Below are positions 25,985-36,566 of a DNA stretch of 64,000 nt, in pieces. The translations under genes and the position numbers were made by a program. The notes beneath the pieces are model-generated. The model worked only from the letters and a program-made list of their open reading frames with translations. It was not told where the DNA came from and made no database searches. Within the stretch, counting starts at the first letter, position 1. Each line of letters starts with the position of its first letter. The stretch is from a virus: IMG/VR virus record IMGVR_UViG_3300044617_001255, positions 14,967 to 78,966 of that record; one strand, given 5' to 3'.

Positions 25985-28900
25985 ATGAGTGATATTGCAC
26001 CTGACAGTACTAATAAAGATTTTTATTATTTTTATGAAAAATATGAAGAAAAAAATACTCCATTGTTTGCAGGTCCAAATATTCCTGAAGATAATGAATT
26101 AACAGAAAAACAAGGAGAAAACCTTATAATTTCTCCTGACAATTATATTGAAGAAGATTCCTGTATCAAATCAATTATAGAAGCAAATGTAGATGATGAA
26201 ATATCTGTATTTGATACCTCAGAACCAAGACTTACTGAAACTGATAATAATGATAGAAAAGAATATGTAATCACTAAAAGTGATATTGAATTAGATGGAA
26301 CTGAAATCTTAGACGTTTTCACAGAATTAGAAGAAGATAATGAATCGACATTGGTATTAGGAGAACAATTAGATCCAATACCTTGTTGGACAATTGAATA
26401 TTCTGATGGTACTTCAGACTTTTGGTGTTCTCAAGTTCCTCTAAGACCAGTTGCAATATCCAAGATATTTCAAGAAATTAAGAGAGTAAGATCTTATTTC
26501 TTGACAGATCAAGAAGCAGAAGCATTAAGATCAGATTTGAGAGTAAAAGCAGTTGAAATTCCAGCAGAACAAAATGGTGGATTTATTACTACAGATGCAA
26601 CCGATCATTTTGGTTCGTTTCAGTCAGGAAATTTTACTAGATCAGTAGCAGGATTTAATGATCCATATGATTTATTGAATATTATATTATGTCCTTTTCC
26701 TAATTGTGGTCAAAATTCTTGGAATGGTATAGATTTTATTCCAGGTGAAGAAGTAATTCAAGTTTTAAATTCGGGACCATTCAACATAGAATATTCATTA
26801 GCAACTGCAAAAGGAACAATATTAACATGGCATGATGGCAGACGTAATGGTAGTATCTATTACTGGCCTATGATAAATGTTGTGAATTATACCGGAAATT
26901 TCGTAGCATCTGATAACACAACATCACAATTTATTAAAGGTGTAACTTCTGGTGCCATATTCAGAATCACGAATTTTGGTATCGGAAAATTTTTACAACA
27001 AGATTCAAATTGGGGGTTGCCTAGAACAAATTCACTAGGAAATACAGAAGAACCAGTTCCAGATCGATACAACTATATGTTGGACGGCACAGGAGTTGAT
27101 GTAATTATAATTGATACTGGAATATATCCTGATCATCCTGAATTTCAAGATGCAGATGGAAATTCAAGAGTTGTACAGCATAACTGGTATGTTGAAGCAG
27201 GAAGACCAGCGGAAGCAAATAAGCAACATCAAAGATTTTACACAGATCAAAGCGGTCACGGAACACATGTTGCAGGAACAGTTGCAGGAAAGACTTTTGG
27301 ATGGGCAAAGAATGCAAAAATATATTCAATGAAAATAATGGGTGCTTATACGATACCATATCAAGAAGCATTTGATCTAATTGCCGCATGGCACAATAGA
27401 AAACCAATTGATACAGAAACAGGAACAAGAAGACCAACTATAGTAAACTGCAGTTGGAGTTGGAGAAGATCTATTGGATTCGGGCCACCAATGATTTATG
27501 GTGGTAAATGGAGCACAACTGCACCATCAACAGCCCTTCCTTCTGTTTGGAACGAAGATACTACATCTACAGGAATTACAGAATTATATCATAAAGGAAT
27601 ACTTTATGATAAAAATAGTTATCCAATTTCTGGTAATTTAGTGGATTCTCAACGACTAGATTTATTCAATACAGGTCCAAAAACATATGATGGAAATGTT
27701 TTGCCTGCAATTTATCGTGATGTGGCACAAGATTATAATGGATTTTGGAGAACATTTGCAAGTCCGCTTCATTACATAGAAATATTTACTTTTGGAAAAG
27801 ACTATCTCAACAGAGATCTACTTTTCTCAAGAATAACAGTGAACGCTGAAATTGATTATGTCAATGAAGGTATTCAAACAATGATTGATGCAGGAATACA
27901 CGTTTGTATTGCAGCAGGAAACAACAAGGATCTTGTCGCAAGAGAAGGCGACTCCGATTACAATAACTATGCTCTTTATGAGACATATCCCAATTCATCA
28001 GGATTTGCAACAAAAACAACAGAAGATGGTTGGGTATTGGGATCATCAACTAATTATTCGACACCACTTATAAACAAAGTATTTTTTAATAGAAAAACAA
28101 GCCCATACGCTACAGACGCAATCATTGTTGGAAGTTTAGATTCTCAGACAAGAAAAACCGGGAACTGGCGATATACAATGACTTTCAATAATGATGTAAA
28201 AGATTCTACTCCAGAGGGAGATGAATTAAAAAGTGGTTTTAGCAATTTTGGACTAGGTATTGATGTATATGCTCCAGGTTCACATATAATTAGTTGTGTT
28301 CCAAATTATCATGGTAATACTAATGGTGTATTTGTTCCCTCTGAAACTAATTATAATTATACCACTTATAGGGTACAACCATATTATTATGATAATACTT
28401 TTTCACAAGTTAAAATTAGTGGAACTTCCATGGCAAGTCCGCAAGTTTGTGGTTTTGGAGCATTATTGCTTCAAGCATATCCCGATTTAACGCCATATGA
28501 ATTAAAATATCTTATTAAAGGATTATCACATAAAACTACTCTAGTTACTCCAGATTTATATTTTACTACTCAAGACAAATGGGGAAGAAATGTAACGTTG
28601 TGCAATTTCCTTGTTCCTATTAGTAATAATTCTTGCAGTCCAGATAGAGCAGACGTTGTAACTTTCAATTATAAAGTTTATGGTACAAAAGCATTTACTG
28701 GAATGGGAGATGTAAATGAAGTTAACATACTTTATAATCCATATTCTACAACCCTTCCATCTGATACTGATATTATAATCAGAAGAATATTGGCGGCAGA
28801 TAATCCTGTAGAACTAGTAGCCGTAACAAACGGATACAGTTTTATGCGTGTAATGTGGAATGAATCTAACGGAGAAGATTTAGTTGGTTATATTGTGGAG

Positions 28901-29899
28901 AGATCTCTTTCTGAAAATGGAGTTTATGTTCAACTATTCAATACTCCAATAACCGGAAGATTCTATGATGATTACTCATCAGAACCGGATGTTACTTATT
29001 ACTATAGAGTTGTTGCTGTAGGTGAAAATTCTTCGAAGTCTACTCCATCAAATGTAGTTTTTGGAACTAGAATACCAATTAGACAGATTTTGGTCGTTGA
29101 AACTCCAATATCTGACTTAGAGGGAACTGCAACGACTAAATCAATTAATTTAGCTTGGAAACCTGCAATTGCACAAGATCATGTAGAATATGAAGTAAGA
29201 AGATCTACAAATCCAAATTCAGGATTTGTAAAAATAAATTCATCTCCCATAACAACAACAAATTATTCTGATACTGAAATATCATCTTTAGTTAAATATT
29301 ATTATAGAGTATATTCAAAAAATATAAAGAATGAATATTCACCAGATTCTCCTACTGTAGAGGTAAAGGCATTGGAACTAATTGGAAGAGCACCTATTGA
29401 TGGAGGAAAATTACTACCATTTGATCCTAATCCAATAGAACCAATTCTTCCCACAGAACCACCAACAGAACCAACGATTGAACCGTCAACCGAAACTCCT
29501 TTTGAACCAATTAAGTCCAGTCCTTGGTTCTACAAAGGAAATGTAACAGTAACTAAAATTAATACTGATAATGATGCTTTAAAAGTAACAAGTAGATCAT
29601 GGTGTCAAGCTGGAATATCCACACTTGGCAAAGAAAACATAAAACTCAGATTTACTTTTGAGAATAATAACTATGAAGTTAATGAATTTTTAGCGGTTTT
29701 GTGTTATATTAATAATGAATGGAAAATCATATTCGTTGGTAGAAACAATGATGGTCCAAGAGAATACGAAATCGATCTAGACGAATCTCTCTCAAATAAG
29801 AGTGAAGTTCTAATCAGATTCCACTCGTTTACTACCTCTTTGTCGAGCGACAAATGGGTAAATGTAAGTGAAGTTTCGCTATTCGGTACTTTAATTTAA
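25985..29899 (+). CDS. subtilisin-like S8 serine peptidase with C-terminal FN3-like domains
   Basis: Catalytic IIDTG, GHGTHVAGT, AAGN, SGTSMASP; two YYYRV FN3-like repeats; late promoter upstream. Confidence 0.9.
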   Translation: MSDIAPDSTNKDFYYFYEKYEEKNTPLFAGPNIPEDNELTEKQGENLIISPDNYIEEDSCIKSIIEANVDDEISVFDTSEPRLTETDNNDRKEYVITKSDIELDGTEILDVFTELEEDNESTLVLGEQLDPIPCWTIEYSDGTSDFWCSQVPLRPVAISKIFQEIKRVRSYFLTDQEAEALRSDLRVKAVEIPAEQNGGFITTDATDHFGSFQSGNFTRSVAGFNDPYDLLNIILCPFPNCGQNSWNGIDFIPGEEVIQVLNSGPFNIEYSLATAKGTILTWHDGRRNGSIYYWPMINVVNYTGNFVASDNTTSQFIKGVTSGAIFRITNFGIGKFLQQDSNWGLPRTNSLGNTEEPVPDRYNYMLDGTGVDVIIIDTGIYPDHPEFQDADGNSRVVQHNWYVEAGRPAEANKQHQRFYTDQSGHGTHVAGTVAGKTFGWAKNAKIYSMKIMGAYTIPYQEAFDLIAAWHNRKPIDTETGTRRPTIVNCSWSWRRSIGFGPPMIYGGKWSTTAPSTALPSVWNEDTTSTGITELYHKGILYDKNSYPISGNLVDSQRLDLFNTGPKTYDGNVLPAIYRDVAQDYNGFWRTFASPLHYIEIFTFGKDYLNRDLLFSRITVNAEIDYVNEGIQTMIDAGIHVCIAAGNNKDLVAREGDSDYNNYALYETYPNSSGFATKTTEDGWVLGSSTNYSTPLINKVFFNRKTSPYATDAIIVGSLDSQTRKTGNWRYTMTFNNDVKDSTPEGDELKSGFSNFGLGIDVYAPGSHIISCVPNYHGNTNGVFVPSETNYNYTTYRVQPYYYDNTFSQVKISGTSMASPQVCGFGALLLQAYPDLTPYELKYLIKGLSHKTTLVTPDLYFTTQDKWGRNVTLCNFLVPISNNSCSPDRADVVTFNYKVYGTKAFTGMGDVNEVNILYNPYSTTLPSDTDIIIRRILAADNPVELVAVTNGYSFMRVMWNESNGEDLVGYIVERSLSENGVYVQLFNTPITGRFYDDYSSEPDVTYYYRVVAVGENSSKSTPSNVVFGTRIPIRQILVVETPISDLEGTATTKSINLAWKPAIAQDHVEYEVRRSTNPNSGFVKINSSPITTTNYSDTEISSLVKYYYRVYSKNIKNEYSPDSPTVEVKALELIGRAPIDGGKLLPFDPNPIEPILPTEPPTEPTIEPSTETPFEPIKSSPWFYKGNVTVTKINTDNDALKVTSRSWCQAGISTLGKENIKLRFTFENNNYEVNEFLAVLCYINNEWKIIFVGRNNDGPREYEIDLDESLSNKSEVLIRFHSFTTSLSSDKWVNVSEVSLFGTLI

Positions 29900-30130
29900 T
29901 TTATTTTTGCAATTGCAAGGACAAATGTTAAAAATCTTGCGCCAGAATGAGCAATCTCTTGGTTTCTCAACAGGCCAACATTTACAGCATTTATCCATAT
30001 CAATGTAAGGTGAATTCTCAACATTTAAACTTCTATGATGAGATTCTGCAACTTCATCTTGTGTAAGAAGTAGATCCAAGCACCTATCATCGACATCAAT
30101 TGTTGTATGAAGATATTTTTTGTCTTCCAT
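29891..30130 (-). CDS. small Cys-rich protein
   Basis: ORF; late promoter upstream. Confidence 0.55.
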   Translation of the reverse strand: MEDKKYLHTTIDVDDRCLDLLLTQDEVAESHHRSLNVENSPYIDMDKCCKCWPVEKPRDCSFWRKIFNICPCNCKNKLN

Positions 30131-30259
30131 AATTTACCTCTATATTTGTATTTATAAAATAAGAAACCCCCGAAAGTCTCGGGGGTCGGCCTAGAAATAC
30201 GATTTCTAGGGGGGTGTGTTGGATTTTGCTGAGATTCGCCCAATCTATTCTATGTATAA

Positions 30260-31474
30260 TTAAGATTTTTTGTCTATTTTACAAATTCTTTGACCTATCC
30301 ATCTCATGCAATTTACTGCCATACTATTACCAATAGCCTTGTATCGTGGACTGTCTGGGCAGTTTTCTTCGTCTTTGCCTCTCCAAGGAATGCGCGTATA
30401 ATTGTCTGGAAATCCTTGAAGCCTTTCTGCTTCTATTGGAGTGAGTCTACGAACTCTCATCGATGAACTTAAAACTCCATGCGTATCTCTCTCACCAGTA
30501 TCAAATGCATTTAATGTATTTGCTTCGTTCGCCGGAACCCAAGTTTCATCATCAGTATTTGATTGTGCTCTTTTTGATTTGCGAAATGGAATCGGTTGAA
30601 TGACACCATGTACATCTTCTTTTGTCAAAGTATACATTGAACCATTGTCAGTGGCTCCAACTCCAACAGGACCACCTGCTTCTGATCTGCCAATAATATT
30701 TCCCTGCAGAGCAATAGGTTGCAGAACAGCAGGAAACCGATTCTTTTCTGGCATAGTCTGTCCCTTGCTTAAAACAGCATCAAGAGTCTGGCTTACTTGT
30801 CCTCCGTCCCACCAGCATCCTCTTGTGTTATCACTTGATCTAGTGCTTGTTTCAGCATCTCTGGCAGTTTCTTTCCACGACGCTCCGCTCTTCGGAGTAT
30901 TCCTTGACACGCTTTCTGACTCAAAAAGAACCTTTGCGGCACTTCTCCAGTCTCCAAGATATCCGACAACGAAGCAACGTCTCCGTCGTTGCGGGACGGC
31001 ATTTGGGAACCCGTCCACTCTGACCCATTGAGCGTCCAACACCCGGTAGGCCCACCCATACCCCAACTCCCCCAACGCCCCGACGAAGGAACCAAAGTCC
31101 CGTCCTCTGGAACTTGTAAGAACTCCGGGGACATTTTCCCATACAATCCATCTAGGTCTGAAACGTTGAGCGATTTCAAGAAAAGTAAGCATGAGTCCCC
31201 CCCTTGGATCTCGCAATCCTTTTCGCAATCCTGCGATGCTGAAGGATTGACAAGGGGTTCCTCCGACAAGAAGATCAACTGTGCTGGTTGGTATTTCCCA
31301 TTTTTCATAATTTGTCATATCTCCATAATTAATAATATTAGGATAACGGTATTTTAGAACTTGTGATGCAAAGGAATCTATTTCAGAAAACCCTACTGGC
31401 TTCCACCCAAAAGGCTCCCATGCTACGGTAGCAGCCTCAATGCCGCTACAAACACTGAGATATTTCAAAGTCAT
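30260..31474 (-). CDS. C5 DNA cytosine methyltransferase
   Basis: SVCSGIEA, GGTPCQSFS, ENVPG, PQRRRR, RRLTPIEAERLQGFPD, YKAIGNS. Confidence 0.95.
   Translation of the reverse strand: MTLKYLSVCSGIEAATVAWEPFGWKPVGFSEIDSFASQVLKYRYPNIINYGDMTNYEKWEIPTSTVDLLVGGTPCQSFSIAGLRKGLRDPRGGLMLTFLEIAQRFRPRWIVWENVPGVLTSSRGRDFGSFVGALGELGYGWAYRVLDAQWVRVDGFPNAVPQRRRRCFVVGYLGDWRSAAKVLFESESVSRNTPKSGASWKETARDAETSTRSSDNTRGCWWDGGQVSQTLDAVLSKGQTMPEKNRFPAVLQPIALQGNIIGRSEAGGPVGVGATDNGSMYTLTKEDVHGVIQPIPFRKSKRAQSNTDDETWVPANEANTLNAFDTGERDTHGVLSSSMRVRRLTPIEAERLQGFPDNYTRIPWRGKDEENCPDSPRYKAIGNSMAVNCMRWIGQRICKIDKKS
30793..31308 (-). CDS. nested alternative-frame ORF (methyltransferase beta-subunit-like)
   Basis: 171-aa same-strand ORF inside the methylase ending SLSDILE...FFLSQKACQGILRRAERRGKKLP. 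Confidence 0.7.
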   Translation of the reverse strand: MKNGKYQPAQLIFLSEEPLVNPSASQDCEKDCEIQGGDSCLLFLKSLNVSDLDGLYGKMSPEFLQVPEDGTLVPSSGRWGSWGMGGPTGCWTLNGSEWTGSQMPSRNDGDVASLSDILETGEVPQRFFLSQKACQGILRRAERRGKKLPEMLKQALDQVITQEDAGGTEDK

Positions 31475-31546
31475 AATATAAAGTTCTCCACTTGATACAG
31501 TATGTATGGACAAGTTTGAAACCCATAATTACATATATACCTTAAT

Positions 31547-32527
31547 ATGCTACATGGAAATAAAACATTTTTTAATTTATTAAAAGAGGCAAAAACTGCT
31601 AAAGAAAAAGCAGAGGTTATCGCTAAAAGAGGTATGGCTATATATAGAGATCAAATTAAAAATAAAAGACAGGGAACTACATATTTAGCCGTTTCTCACA
31701 ATCCAGAAGATTTAAATTCTGATCATGGTTATACATCATTAATACACGATGGTTCTCCGGGAATATTACATCTTGCTAGACAATTAAAATTAACTCCAAA
31801 TATCCATACAGAAGAATTAAATACTTCTTTAGGACGAAAAAGCCACAGCAAAGAAGTATATAGTCCTGCAATATTTTCCAGAATACCCAGAGATAGACAT
31901 ATAGGTGATGAAAGTGCTAAAAGTAATGCTAGAAAAAATGGTGGGATATATATCCCACATCCAAAGCATCGTGATTATCCAGTATTTAAAGCAAAAGCAT
32001 TAGATCATTTTCCAATAAGGGAAGGAAGTCGAAATAAAAAAAATGAAACGAAAGAGTCTTTATCTTTATTTGCTTTCCATACGGCATTACAAAATGCAGG
32101 GTACAAAAGAATAGATCATAGAGATCCTTTAAGATCAAAACCTGGAGAATATTATCTTGGAAAAGGAAAAACTGGAACTGATTTTTATGCTCATACTCAT
32201 GAAGATGAAAATGGAGTAAGTCATAAGGTTGGAGATGATCCAGAAAAACCATTTGATGTGAAATTTGTAAATCCCAATTCCTCTACAAATACAGGAAATC
32301 TTGCTATGGTTTCTTTATTTACACAAAAAAGAAAAGGATTGGCATTTCCTTCTATGAGAACTGCTTTAAAACTTATAGATCCCAGTGGTAAAATGCAAGT
32401 ATTAAGTAGAAAAAATAATAAAACAGAGGAAGAAAGATTAGAAAATGCAAGAAGAGAAGCAGAAACAAAATTAACTTCAGAAATACAAACAAGACAAAGA
32501 CAAAGAGAATTAAGAAAAAAAGTATAA
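31547..32527 (+). CDS. basic putative internal head protein
   Basis: KTFFNLLKE N-terminus. Confidence 0.55.
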   Translation: MLHGNKTFFNLLKEAKTAKEKAEVIAKRGMAIYRDQIKNKRQGTTYLAVSHNPEDLNSDHGYTSLIHDGSPGILHLARQLKLTPNIHTEELNTSLGRKSHSKEVYSPAIFSRIPRDRHIGDESAKSNARKNGGIYIPHPKHRDYPVFKAKALDHFPIREGSRNKKNETKESLSLFAFHTALQNAGYKRIDHRDPLRSKPGEYYLGKGKTGTDFYAHTHEDENGVSHKVGDDPEKPFDVKFVNPNSSTNTGNLAMVSLFTQKRKGLAFPSMRTALKLIDPSGKMQVLSRKNNKTEEERLENARREAETKLTSEIQTRQRQRELRKKV

Positions 32528-32539
32528 GGATTATAAATT

Positions 32540-32824
32540 ATGCCAGCAGTAATTAGATTTGGAGATCCTGTAACTTGTGGAGATAAGGCAGCAAACGGTT
32601 CTCCTAACGTTTTTATAAATAATCGTAGAGTTATACGAAAAGGAATTGATAAGACAAAGGGACATTGCTATCCCCCAGTTCCGTTTCTTAAAGGTTCACC
32701 TAATGTTTTCGTTAATAATATTCCAGTAGTATTTCAGGGTTCTCCTATTCCAACACATTGTTGTGGAGATAACTGCCACCGTGGAGTGGCTGCAAAGGGT
32801 TCCCCAAACGTTTTTGTAAATTAA
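32540..32824 (+). CDS. PAAR-repeat baseplate spike tip protein (T4 gp5.4-like)
   Basis: MPAVIRFGD, three GSPNVF.N repeats, His/Cys ligands. Confidence 0.9.
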   Translation: MPAVIRFGDPVTCGDKAANGSPNVFINNRRVIRKGIDKTKGHCYPPVPFLKGSPNVFVNNIPVVFQGSPIPTHCCGDNCHRGVAAKGSPNVFVN

Positions 32825-32846
32825 TAAATAGAGAGTAGGAGATAAC

Positions 32847-33260
32847 ATGAATACAAATAACATTTTTCATTTTATGAAGTTTAATAAACTTCAACAACAA
32901 CAAATAAATGAACATATTCCTCTAAATGATAAAGAGGGAGAAATGGCTATGGCAGAATTAAGTAGCGTAATTGAATATGCTAATGAAATTCAAAAAATGC
33001 TAAAACCAGAAACCCAAATGGAAGCATGGGTACAAAGCAAAATCACAAAAGCAAAAGATTATTTAGATGCTGTTGCTGATTATTTAAAACATACAGATGG
33101 TGCTCTTGAAGAAGCTAAGAATTCTGTTCTCATTGGCAAAAGAAAAAGACTAGATGCAAACAACAACAATAAAATAGATGCAGAGGATTTTAAAATTCTT
33201 AGAGCAAAAAAGAAAATGAAAGGCAAACCTCATGGCAAAAATGACTCTAAAAAGAGCTAA
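32847..33260 (+). CDS. conserved T4-like head-region protein
   Basis: EGEMA...WVQSKITKA.DYL; EF-hand-like LDANNNNKIDAEDF. Confidence 0.6.
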   Translation: MNTNNIFHFMKFNKLQQQQINEHIPLNDKEGEMAMAELSSVIEYANEIQKMLKPETQMEAWVQSKITKAKDYLDAVADYLKHTDGALEEAKNSVLIGKRKRLDANNNNKIDAEDFKILRAKKKMKGKPHGKNDSKKS

Positions 33261-33579
33261 ACAACTTTATAAAAAAGCTCATATAGGATTGACTCCTTCT
33301 GAAGAAGAGGCTGCACACAAGGCAGAAAAATTATTAAAGAAAAAGGGAATAGAAGCTGAAAGAAATGGAAAAAAGTTTTCTTTTTCTCATAAGAAAGGTG
33401 AAGTAAAAGAAGCAAAAGACTTTTACCCAGGATCAGGAGAAGTTCATCCAGTTACAGGCGAAATAATTCATGAGCCAGTTCCAGTTAGTCGAAAAGATAA
33501 ACTGATGAGAATGCTTCGTAGTCTTTTAAAACAAAAGAAAAAACAAAAACCATCAAGCAATGAAAGGTTACCATTCTAA
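33232..33579 (+). CDS. basic hypothetical protein
   Basis: ORF in late operon. Confidence 0.55.
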   Translation: MAKMTLKRAKQLYKKAHIGLTPSEEEAAHKAEKLLKKKGIEAERNGKKFSFSHKKGEVKEAKDFYPGSGEVHPVTGEIIHEPVPVSRKDKLMRMLRSLLKQKKKQKPSSNERLPF

Positions 33580-33851
33580 TGGCAATAACACCAGAAAACT
33601 CATTTAATTTTGATGAATTTCTATCGGATTCAGACTTTGGATTTACCTTTTCTGGATCAGAAGAATTTGAACAAGATCTTGCTCAAGTAGAAAGCGAATG
33701 CACTACAAAAATGAAAGCTCTTGAAAAACTTATAATGCCTCTTCTTGCTAATTTAGCAAAGAATCCTGATAAGGAATATATTCTTTGGCCTAATCGTAAA
33801 GCAGCAGTTGAAGCACAAGCGAAAAAAATTCTTGCAATTACTAGATCATGA
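33579..33851 (+). CDS. conserved hypothetical protein
   Basis: DFGFTF...LLANLAKNPDKEYILWPNR. Confidence 0.65.
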   Translation: MAITPENSFNFDEFLSDSDFGFTFSGSEEFEQDLAQVESECTTKMKALEKLIMPLLANLAKNPDKEYILWPNRKAAVEAQAKKILAITRS

Positions 33852-34624
33852 AAACTTATTTTCAATTTCGTCAACAGTTAGATGAAAGAAAACTAACAGG
33901 TGCTCTTGTTGCTGCTTCTGGTATTCTTGGGAGTGCTGGCTTTGGTTATGGTATACATGCCAGATCCAAAGAGCAAGTCGCTCCACAAAGACAACAGCAA
34001 GTACAACAACAAGTTCAACAGCAACCGAGACAACAAGTTCAACAACCACAGCAACAAAAACAACGTGAAAAAGAAACAATAGAGATGGCTCCAATTGCTG
34101 ATTCGATTCATCGTTATGAATCACAGGGAGCAGATTATAAAAAAATATCTAGACCATTCAAAGACCATAAAGGAAATTTAACTCTTGGTCATGGACATTT
34201 AATTACAAAAAATACTGGAGAAACTTTACAAAAAGTATTTGCTGATGAACATAAAAAAGATCCAAATTTTCATGAAAATGTTCTTTCAGGTAGACAGGGA
34301 TTGACTAACGATCAAATGAAAAAATTAATGCATCATGATATTAATATTAGAATTCCGCAATTGCAAAAAATGATCCCTCAATTTAATAAAATGCCTACAT
34401 ACCTACAGCAAGAATTAGCATCTGAACACTATAGAGGTGGCATAGGAAAAGCTAAAAAAACACTTGCACACATAAATGCAGGAAAATTTCATGAAGCAGC
34501 ACATGAATATTTAGATAGTGATGAATATAGAAAAGAAAAACCAGATAACAGTGGAGTTGCAAAAAGATATGATGCTCTTCATAATGCTTTGCTAAAATAT
34601 CATAACGAAAGAAAAGGAAATTAA
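33848..34624 (+). CDS. lysozyme-fold (GH24-like) protein with capsid-targeting-like N-terminus
   Basis: RYE...DHKGNLTLGHGHL, AAHEYLDS; MKTYFQFRQQLDE followed by a hydrophobic segment. Confidence 0.75.
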   Translation: MKTYFQFRQQLDERKLTGALVAASGILGSAGFGYGIHARSKEQVAPQRQQQVQQQVQQQPRQQVQQPQQQKQREKETIEMAPIADSIHRYESQGADYKKISRPFKDHKGNLTLGHGHLITKNTGETLQKVFADEHKKDPNFHENVLSGRQGLTNDQMKKLMHHDINIRIPQLQKMIPQFNKMPTYLQQELASEHYRGGIGKAKKTLAHINAGKFHEAAHEYLDSDEYRKEKPDNSGVAKRYDALHNALLKYHNERKGN

Positions 34625-34625
34625 A

Positions 34626-35267
34626 ATGGCTAAGGCTAAAAAACAAAGAACAACTTCTCGCGCTAAAGAAGTAGAACATAAAATGAAAACAGATAAAGTA
34701 TTCGCACAAAAAATGAAAGACGAATATGTTAAAAAATTTGGCGAGATGAAACCAGGTGAAGATAAGTTGCGTGGCGACTCTGCAATCGTTGCTAAAATTT
34801 TAGCAAATGCCGAAAAGAGCGGTAAAACAATTAAAGGATATAGTGGTTCTGGCTCTGGTGATAGTTCCAGAAATAGTGAAGAGGAAGAGAAAAAAGAAGA
34901 GAAAAAAGATGAAAGCGATGATGAGGTTGTAACGCCAAAGAAAGGCAAAAGATCTCCAGAGGAACAAGAGAAAGCAGTCAAAGAATATTCTGACGTTGCA
35001 GCAGAAGCAGAAAAAGCCGGGGTATCTCTTCAAAAATTCCTAAAGAACAAGAAAAAAGTTCAAGAACAAATCGAAGAAACTTCATCAGAAAATGTTGACA
35101 TGCAACTTGCATCAACATATCTCAACATGATTGCTGAAGCCGAACAAAATAATTTTGTAGCACAAGTAATACAAGAGATGGAAAATATTTTAGAAGAAGG
35201 TTTCAGTGATGAAGAATATAACGTGCTATATGAATATATTTTGAATAAACTAGAGGAAACAAAATGA
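34626..35267 (+). CDS. charged hypothetical protein
   Basis: ORF in late operon. Confidence 0.6.
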   Translation: MAKAKKQRTTSRAKEVEHKMKTDKVFAQKMKDEYVKKFGEMKPGEDKLRGDSAIVAKILANAEKSGKTIKGYSGSGSGDSSRNSEEEEKKEEKKDESDDEVVTPKKGKRSPEEQEKAVKEYSDVAAEAEKAGVSLQKFLKNKKKVQEQIEETSSENVDMQLASTYLNMIAEAEQNNFVAQVIQEMENILEEGFSDEEYNVLYEYILNKLEETK

Positions 35268-35608
35268 ATAACAAATTAAAAGTTTCAGATCACATAAGTT
35301 TAACTGAAGATATTCAAAGAATAATGTTTGTTCCTGCTCAACAAAGAACAGGAACAAATGAATCAGATTTTCTTGTAGAAGCAATTTCTACTCTTGAAGA
35401 AAAATTAGGAAAAGAATTTACTACAGAAGAAATCAAAGTAATACTTGAAACTGTTGTATATCTTTCTGAAAAAATCATGAAGAAAGGAAAAAAGTTTGTA
35501 GTCACCGATAGTGCTGGCGAAAAAACTTTAGGCGTTCATGACTCAAGAAAAGATGCAGTTCGTCAACTACAAGCAATCGAAGCAAGCAAAGCAAGAAGAG
35601 GACAATGA
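35264..35608 (+). CDS. hypothetical head-region protein
   Basis: KTLGVH.SRKDA.RQLQAIE motif. Confidence 0.6.
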   Translation: MNNKLKVSDHISLTEDIQRIMFVPAQQRTGTNESDFLVEAISTLEEKLGKEFTTEEIKVILETVVYLSEKIMKKGKKFVVTDSAGEKTLGVHDSRKDAVRQLQAIEASKARRGQ

Positions 35609-36021
35609 ACTTTTCTGATTTTAGAAATAAATTGAATGAAGAGGTTATTCTAAGACCTTATTCTGTTCAGGCTCTGGGCAGAAAAAGAAATGTAATGTTA
35701 AATACATTACAACTTGACGATGCTGAATTTGCCGGTTGGGTACAAGACCGTCTTTATCGTGTAGCAGAACAAAATAAGATTCCAATTGGTCAATTACCCA
35801 TAGATTATGTTGTTACAGGATTTCAAAAATGGGAAGATGCTTTCCGCAACGGAGATCAAGCATGGGAATCCTACAAGACTCAGTTCATGGAGTATGAGAA
35901 AAGATTTATAGATACAGCAAGAAAGATGATTCAGGACAAGTATGAAAAACCTGGAACATCACCAACAGAACAACCAACTCCTCCGAGTATGGTTAAGTAT
36001 CAGGCTGCAGACGGTCAATAA
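35605..36021 (+). CDS. hypothetical protein
   Basis: MNFSDFRNKLNE start. Confidence 0.6.
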   Translation: MNFSDFRNKLNEEVILRPYSVQALGRKRNVMLNTLQLDDAEFAGWVQDRLYRVAEQNKIPIGQLPIDYVVTGFQKWEDAFRNGDQAWESYKTQFMEYEKRFIDTARKMIQDKYEKPGTSPTEQPTPPSMVKYQAADGQ

Positions 36022-36038
36022 AAATTGAGGTTTATATT

Positions 36039-36545
36039 ATGAAAGATGTTTTATTATTAAACGCTTCGGAAGAGGCGATTGGTGTGATAGATTGGTTTAG
36101 AGCAGTAAGATTATTAATGACAGGTAAGGCAACTAAGCCATATAATTATGAACATGTTTATGAGATTAAAACTGGAAGTGGAGTATATGAACTTCCTTGC
36201 GCAATAGTCTTATTAAAATATGTTCATATTCCATATAAGGATCTGACTCTTACGAAGAGAAATCTTTATATGAGAGATGATATGTGTTGCCAATATTGTG
36301 GTTGCAAAGTATCAAAGCCAACAATAGATCATATTATTCCAAGAAGTAGGAATGGAAAAAATACTTGGAATAATTTAGTAACTTGTTGCAAACCATGCAA
36401 TAGCAAAAAAGCCAATCGAACACCAGAAGAAGCAGGAATGAAGTTACTAAAACAGCCAGGAAAACCAAAATATAATATATTACATATTATAGCAACAGAT
36501 AAATATGACAATAAAGTATGGGAAAGATGGATACAATATAAATAA
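36039..36545 (+). CDS. HNH endonuclease
   Basis: VLLLNAS, RDDMCCQYCG, TIDHIIPRS, NLVTCCKPCNSKK. Confidence 0.9.
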   Translation: MKDVLLLNASEEAIGVIDWFRAVRLLMTGKATKPYNYEHVYEIKTGSGVYELPCAIVLLKYVHIPYKDLTLTKRNLYMRDDMCCQYCGCKVSKPTIDHIIPRSRNGKNTWNNLVTCCKPCNSKKANRTPEEAGMKLLKQPGKPKYNILHIIATDKYDNKVWERWIQYK

Positions 36546-36566
36546 TTGTATAACAAGGAGACATAA

